DNA from: Arcobacteraceae bacterium
GTDB taxonomy: Bacteria; Campylobacterota; Campylobacteria; Campylobacterales; Arcobacteraceae
Length of the DNA: 64,000 bases
Assembly: GCA_048268245.1 (NCBI GenBank)
Contig: JBLWVX010000001.1
Coordinates: 128,001 to 192,000, forward strand
Direction of reading: 5' to 3'
Shown: positions 61,478 to 64,000 of the stretch, piece after piece
How the letters are laid out: each line of letters starts with the position of its first letter
Numbering within the stretch: position 1 is the stretch's first letter
The notes under the pieces: model-generated
Database searches by the model: none
What the model was told of the DNA's origin: nothing
What the model saw: the letters and a program-made list of their open reading frames with translations, nothing else
Translations under genes and position numbers: made by a program

Positions 61478-61509
61478 AGTATACATAAGAAATATAGCCT
61501 CAGTTTAGC
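61478..61509 (-). promoter_or_regulatory. pedH-like promoter with two TAGC boxes
   Basis: Plus-strand TAGC at 61495 and 61506; minus-strand -10 TATACT at 61478-61483; closely resembles the aldB promoter. Confidence 0.72.
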
Positions 61510-62287
61510 TATGATTTACTTTTTTAGATTTAAAACCTACAAAGGCCATTATTAGGGTTATTACTAAAGAAATTAGCACAATTATTAAAGAGTTTGCATC
61601 AATTTTTAGATATAAAGTAAATCTTATAGACTCAACTATATAAGTAAATGGATTATAAGATGATATATTAAATAAAATAAGTGATGAATCTTTTATTTTC
61701 CATAAAGGATATAAGGCACTACTTAAGAAGAACATCGGAAAAATCACAAAGTTCATTACTGTAGCAAAGTTCTCTAACTGTTTAATTACAGAAGAAATAA
61801 ACAGTGCAAATGCATTTAGTATTATTGAAGAAATCATAATAATTGGAATTGTTGCTAAAATAGCTAAAAAAGATATATCAACCCCATAAACTTTTGCAAT
61901 GAGTAAAAAAGTTACCGCTTGTATTGTAGATACAATTGCTGTTGCAAACATCTTACAAAAAAGTAAATAGTTTCTATTGATATAAGAAGATAGTAAAATT
62001 TTCATACTTCCCATTTCTCTATCAAATATCATAGTAAGACTACTTTGCATACCATTGAAAAGTAAAACCATTCCAACAAGTCCTGGGACTATGTATGTTT
62101 CATAAGTGATATATGTTTCATATGGAGGAATAATAGCTAAACCTAAAGCCGTTTTAAAACCCACTGAGAAAATAAATAACCATAATAAAGGTCGCACTAG
62201 AGCTGAAAAAAATCTACTTTTTTGTTTTACAAATCGAATTAACTCTTTATAGATAATTCCTTTCATACAATTTATATAAATATTCAT
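61505..62287 (-). CDS. ABC-2 type permease of the PQQ-ADH-associated transporter (PedC-like)
   Basis: SALVRPLLWL..F..GF...LG..I.PPYETYITYE.YIVPGL..M.LLFNGMQSSL.M..DREMGSM, FPMFFLSSALYPLW. Confidence 0.87.
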   Translation of the reverse strand: MNIYINCMKGIIYKELIRFVKQKSRFFSALVRPLLWLFIFSVGFKTALGLAIIPPYETYITYETYIVPGLVGMVLLFNGMQSSLTMIFDREMGSMKILLSSYINRNYLLFCKMFATAIVSTIQAVTFLLIAKVYGVDISFLAILATIPIIMISSIILNAFALFISSVIKQLENFATVMNFVIFPMFFLSSALYPLWKIKDSSLILFNISSYNPFTYIVESIRFTLYLKIDANSLIIVLISLVITLIMAFVGFKSKKVNHS

Positions 62288-62290
62288 CTT

Positions 62291-63013
62291 TTACCTTACT
62301 ATTTGATTGAATGTATCAACCAAGTTATCTTTTTCATACTTTTTAACAATATCTTTTACAATTCCAGACTCTACTATCTCACCTTTTTTAATAAATGATA
62401 TATCATCATCTTCTTTTACTTCATCAAAAAGATGTGTAATCCATAAAACACTTAAGTTTTCTCTTTTTACTAAATCTCTAACATAATCTAAAATATCAAA
62501 TCTACTTTTTAAATCAAGCCCAACTGTAGGCTCATCTAAAAGTAATAGCTTTGGTTTATTTATCAAAGCTCTCAAAATTTCAACTCTTCTTCTATGACCA
62601 CCATTTAATTTTCTAGCAGTAATATCTAGTGAATCCTGTAATTCAAGCCTTACTATTTCATTTTCTACAGATTTTATAGTATCTTTAAAACCTAAACCTT
62701 TAAGTGAACCATAATAATAAAGATTTTGTCGTACGGTTAAATCTAAATCCAAAGTTGGTTCTTGAAAAACAATACCTATATCTTTTAAGGATTTTGAATA
62801 ATTTTTTATTGAGTGTTGATTTATATTTATAGTTCCAACTTCAAGTTTTAGAAGTCTAGTAATTAGTGAGAATACTGTAGATTTTCCAGCTCCATTTAGT
62901 CCTAGCAGAACAGAAAAACTGCCCTGCTTTATACTAAAAGATATATTATTTAATACCTTTTTAGATCCATAAGAAAAATCTACATCTTTTAATTCTAAGA
63001 TATTTTTTTCCAT
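62291..63013 (-). CDS. ABC transporter ATP-binding protein (PedB-like)
   Basis: GLNGAGKST, VFQEPTLDLDL, LNGGHRRRVEI.RAL, LLDEPTVGLD. Confidence 0.9.
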   Translation of the reverse strand: MEKNILELKDVDFSYGSKKVLNNISFSIKQGSFSVLLGLNGAGKSTVFSLITRLLKLEVGTININQHSIKNYSKSLKDIGIVFQEPTLDLDLTVRQNLYYYGSLKGLGFKDTIKSVENEIVRLELQDSLDITARKLNGGHRRRVEILRALINKPKLLLLDEPTVGLDLKSRFDILDYVRDLVKRENLSVLWITHLFDEVKEDDDISFIKKGEIVESGIVKDIVKKYEKDNLVDTFNQIVR

Positions 63014-63015
63014 GA

Positions 63016-63975
63016 TTATTTACTTGGGATTACTGCTAAGCCCCAAGGGTATCTTCCAACTTGAATAGTTTTCTTAACTTTTAAAGATTCTACATCAATA
63101 ACAGAAACATCACCACTTACACCATTTGTAGTATAAAGTTTCTTTTCATTATTTGCAAAATCAAGCATCCAAACTCTACTTCCAACTAATAAGTATTTGA
63201 TTACTTTATATGTCTTTGCATCAATTACAGCTACATGATTTGCAGGTCCTAAACCAACAAAAGCATATTTACCATCACTTGTTAATTTAATACCAACTGG
63301 TTGAATTAAATCTTTAAAGATTCCAGGAATTTTAAAAGAAATCTTTGAAAGTGGCTCTTTAGTTTTTGTATCTATAACCATTACAGTTCCACCAATTTCA
63401 CTTGATGCCCAAATTTTATCACCACTTTTTGTAAATTCAATATGTCTTGGTCTTTGATCTACTAAAGTATTATGAACAATCTTTTTAGTTTTTGTATCAA
63501 TCCAATGTAAAAAGTTTGATGTTTCTGATGTATTAATAGCTATTGATCCATCTGGACTTACAGCCATACCCTCAGGCTCAATACCAACTTCTATTTGAGC
63601 AACTACATCTTTTTTTTGAACATCTACAACTGTTACAATTCCATCATCTTCATTTGATATGTAAAGTTCTTTACCATCTGGATGTAAAGCAAATTGTTCT
63701 GGATCTTCACCTGATGGAAGGCTATATAAAATTTCACCAGTTTTTGTATCCATAGCTTGAACTGTATCATCATCACTTGCACAAATATATAGTTTTGAAT
63801 AATCTTTTGTAAGTAGAATTCCTCTAGGTCTTTGACCAACCTCATAAGTTTTTATAACTTTATCTGTGTTTGAATCTATAACAGTAATAGTATTATCTTT
63901 CTCATTTGAAACAAAAATAGTATCTGCTAGTAAACTTGTTGATAATAATGCAGATGCTAATAATAATCTCTTCAT
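63016..63975 (-). CDS. YVTN beta-propeller protein, PQQ-dependent catabolism associated (PedA2-like)
   Basis: Signal peptide; VSNEKDNT, VGQRPRG, LPSGEDPE, VGIEPEGMAVSPDG, VGRYPWG repeats. Confidence 0.87.
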   Translation of the reverse strand: MKRLLLASALLSTSLLADTIFVSNEKDNTITVIDSNTDKVIKTYEVGQRPRGILLTKDYSKLYICASDDDTVQAMDTKTGEILYSLPSGEDPEQFALHPDGKELYISNEDDGIVTVVDVQKKDVVAQIEVGIEPEGMAVSPDGSIAINTSETSNFLHWIDTKTKKIVHNTLVDQRPRHIEFTKSGDKIWASSEIGGTVMVIDTKTKEPLSKISFKIPGIFKDLIQPVGIKLTSDGKYAFVGLGPANHVAVIDAKTYKVIKYLLVGSRVWMLDFANNEKKLYTTNGVSGDVSVIDVESLKVKKTIQVGRYPWGLAVIPSK

Positions 63976-64000
63976 AATAACTTCTCCTAAATTTTAGTTG

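Overview
A very AT-rich chromosomal window from a Campylobacterota bacterium. Gene content and order point to Arcobacteraceae. The housekeeping backbone is mfd ... bactofilin-M23-folC-lptE-leuS-DUF6394 ... secF-secD-yajC / lnt, cca, mscS, proS-hemA-ispB-DUF2018, hisD and aroK. Accessory blocks interrupt it. (1) 49.9-64 kb is an alcohol-oxidation island. It has a PQQ alcohol dehydrogenase with the lanthanide-diagnostic WDYDG (D-x-D) motif and an unusual lipobox, PedA2/B/C-like ABC transporter genes and a full pqqABCDE operon. pqqA (24 aa, 59524-59598) is missing from the ORF track. The island also has an AldB-type aldehyde dehydrogenase with DUF779 and a FIST kinase/OmpR pair. Three promoters (pedH-like, aldB and a distant degenerate xdhC) share the same architecture: 11-bp-periodic TAGC boxes at a fixed 17-bp offset from the -10. 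(2) 11.4-20.5 kb is a probable phosphate-starvation island. It has a PhoX/choice-of-anchor-I lipoprotein fusion, an uncharacterised two-CxxCH protein operon with NicO/RcnA-like and DUF1007 genes, and an OlsF-like ornithine-lipid synthase, all behind pho-box-like TGTWA-N6-TGTAA repeats. (3) Other observations are an sRNA candidate with an anti-Shine-Dalgarno motif (about 2732-2845), a 400-bp double-hairpin REPIN/MITE-like element (about 32.0-32.4 kb), a helicase with a decayed primase domain, an orphan Tat solute-binding protein coupled to kinases, and several apparently leaderless genes. I saw no rRNA, tRNA, CRISPR array or transposase. All family assignments are from motif recognition by eye, not database searches.
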